39,392 nucleotides of DNA from Conidiobolus incongruus B7586 (lineage: Eukaryota): contig JNEM01009877.1 in assembly GCA_000697335.1 (NCBI GenBank), forward strand, positions 1-39,392, given 5' to 3'. The notes beneath the pieces were generated by a model. That model searched no databases and had not been told where the DNA came from. It was given only the letters and a program-made list of their open reading frames with translations. This document shows positions 39,067-39,392 of the stretch, one piece after another. Each line of letters opens with the position of its first letter. The stretch's first letter is position 1. The translations under genes and the position numbers were made by a program.

Positions 39067-39392
39067 TTAGTTTAGAAAAAAAATGATAAATTTCTTAATT
39101 ATTAATTTTTTAAATATATTGCTAGTTTTGAAAAATTCAATATATATATAATATAGGAGAATGAGTAATTTTAAAATATATAAACTTTATAATTTTTTTA
39201 TAAAGATAGTTAAATTAAAATATCAAGTTAAACTTAATTATAATTAAATTAAATAATAATTATCAAAAGTCTTTTATTTTAATATTATTAAAACTTAATG
39301 ATATATCTTTTAAAATCATTTAAGATTTATAAACAACTTATTAGGATGATATTTTAAATCTATTATTTATTGCTAGATTTATTATTTTAAAT
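39067..39392 (+). mobile_element. Mariner copy E, 5' part (runs off the window end)
   Basis: TA|TTAGTTTAGAAAAAAAATGATAAATTTCTTAATT... resembles the 5' end of copies B/C. Downstream TATCAAAAGTCTTTTATTTT...AAAACTTAA...TTTAAAATCATTTAA aligns with copy C about 25620-25690. Confidence 0.8.

Noticed and set aside
1..39392. CRISPR arrays, rRNA, prokaryotic operons
   Set aside because: None seen; the window is intron-containing eukaryotic DNA.

Overview
Very AT-rich eukaryotic DNA with short GT-AG introns, most consistent with an early-diverging fungus (Entomophthorales/Conidiobolus-like is my inference, not proven). It carries six recognisable + strand genes: an EMW1/TTC27-like TPR protein, GSH1 (7 exons), PDA1 (3 exons), an intronless D-threonine aldolase/DSD1-family PLP enzyme, an S10 serine carboxypeptidase and a JSN1/PUF2-type RRM+Pumilio protein. 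It also holds a tRNA-Ser(AGA) and two secreted proteins that share a C-terminal amphipathic motif; the ORF track missed one of them. Hidden in the AT-rich DNA are five copies (three full length, about 1.3 kb) of a DD34D mariner transposon. Their transposases have been destroyed by dense C>T/G>A transitions, many in CpA/TpG context, which looks like RIP. Two unannotated GC-richer islands (27147-27475 and about 32250-32460) fold into nested multi-helix structures and are candidate ncRNAs. The second has an unpaired AACCUAACC segment positioned like a telomerase template for TTAGG repeats.
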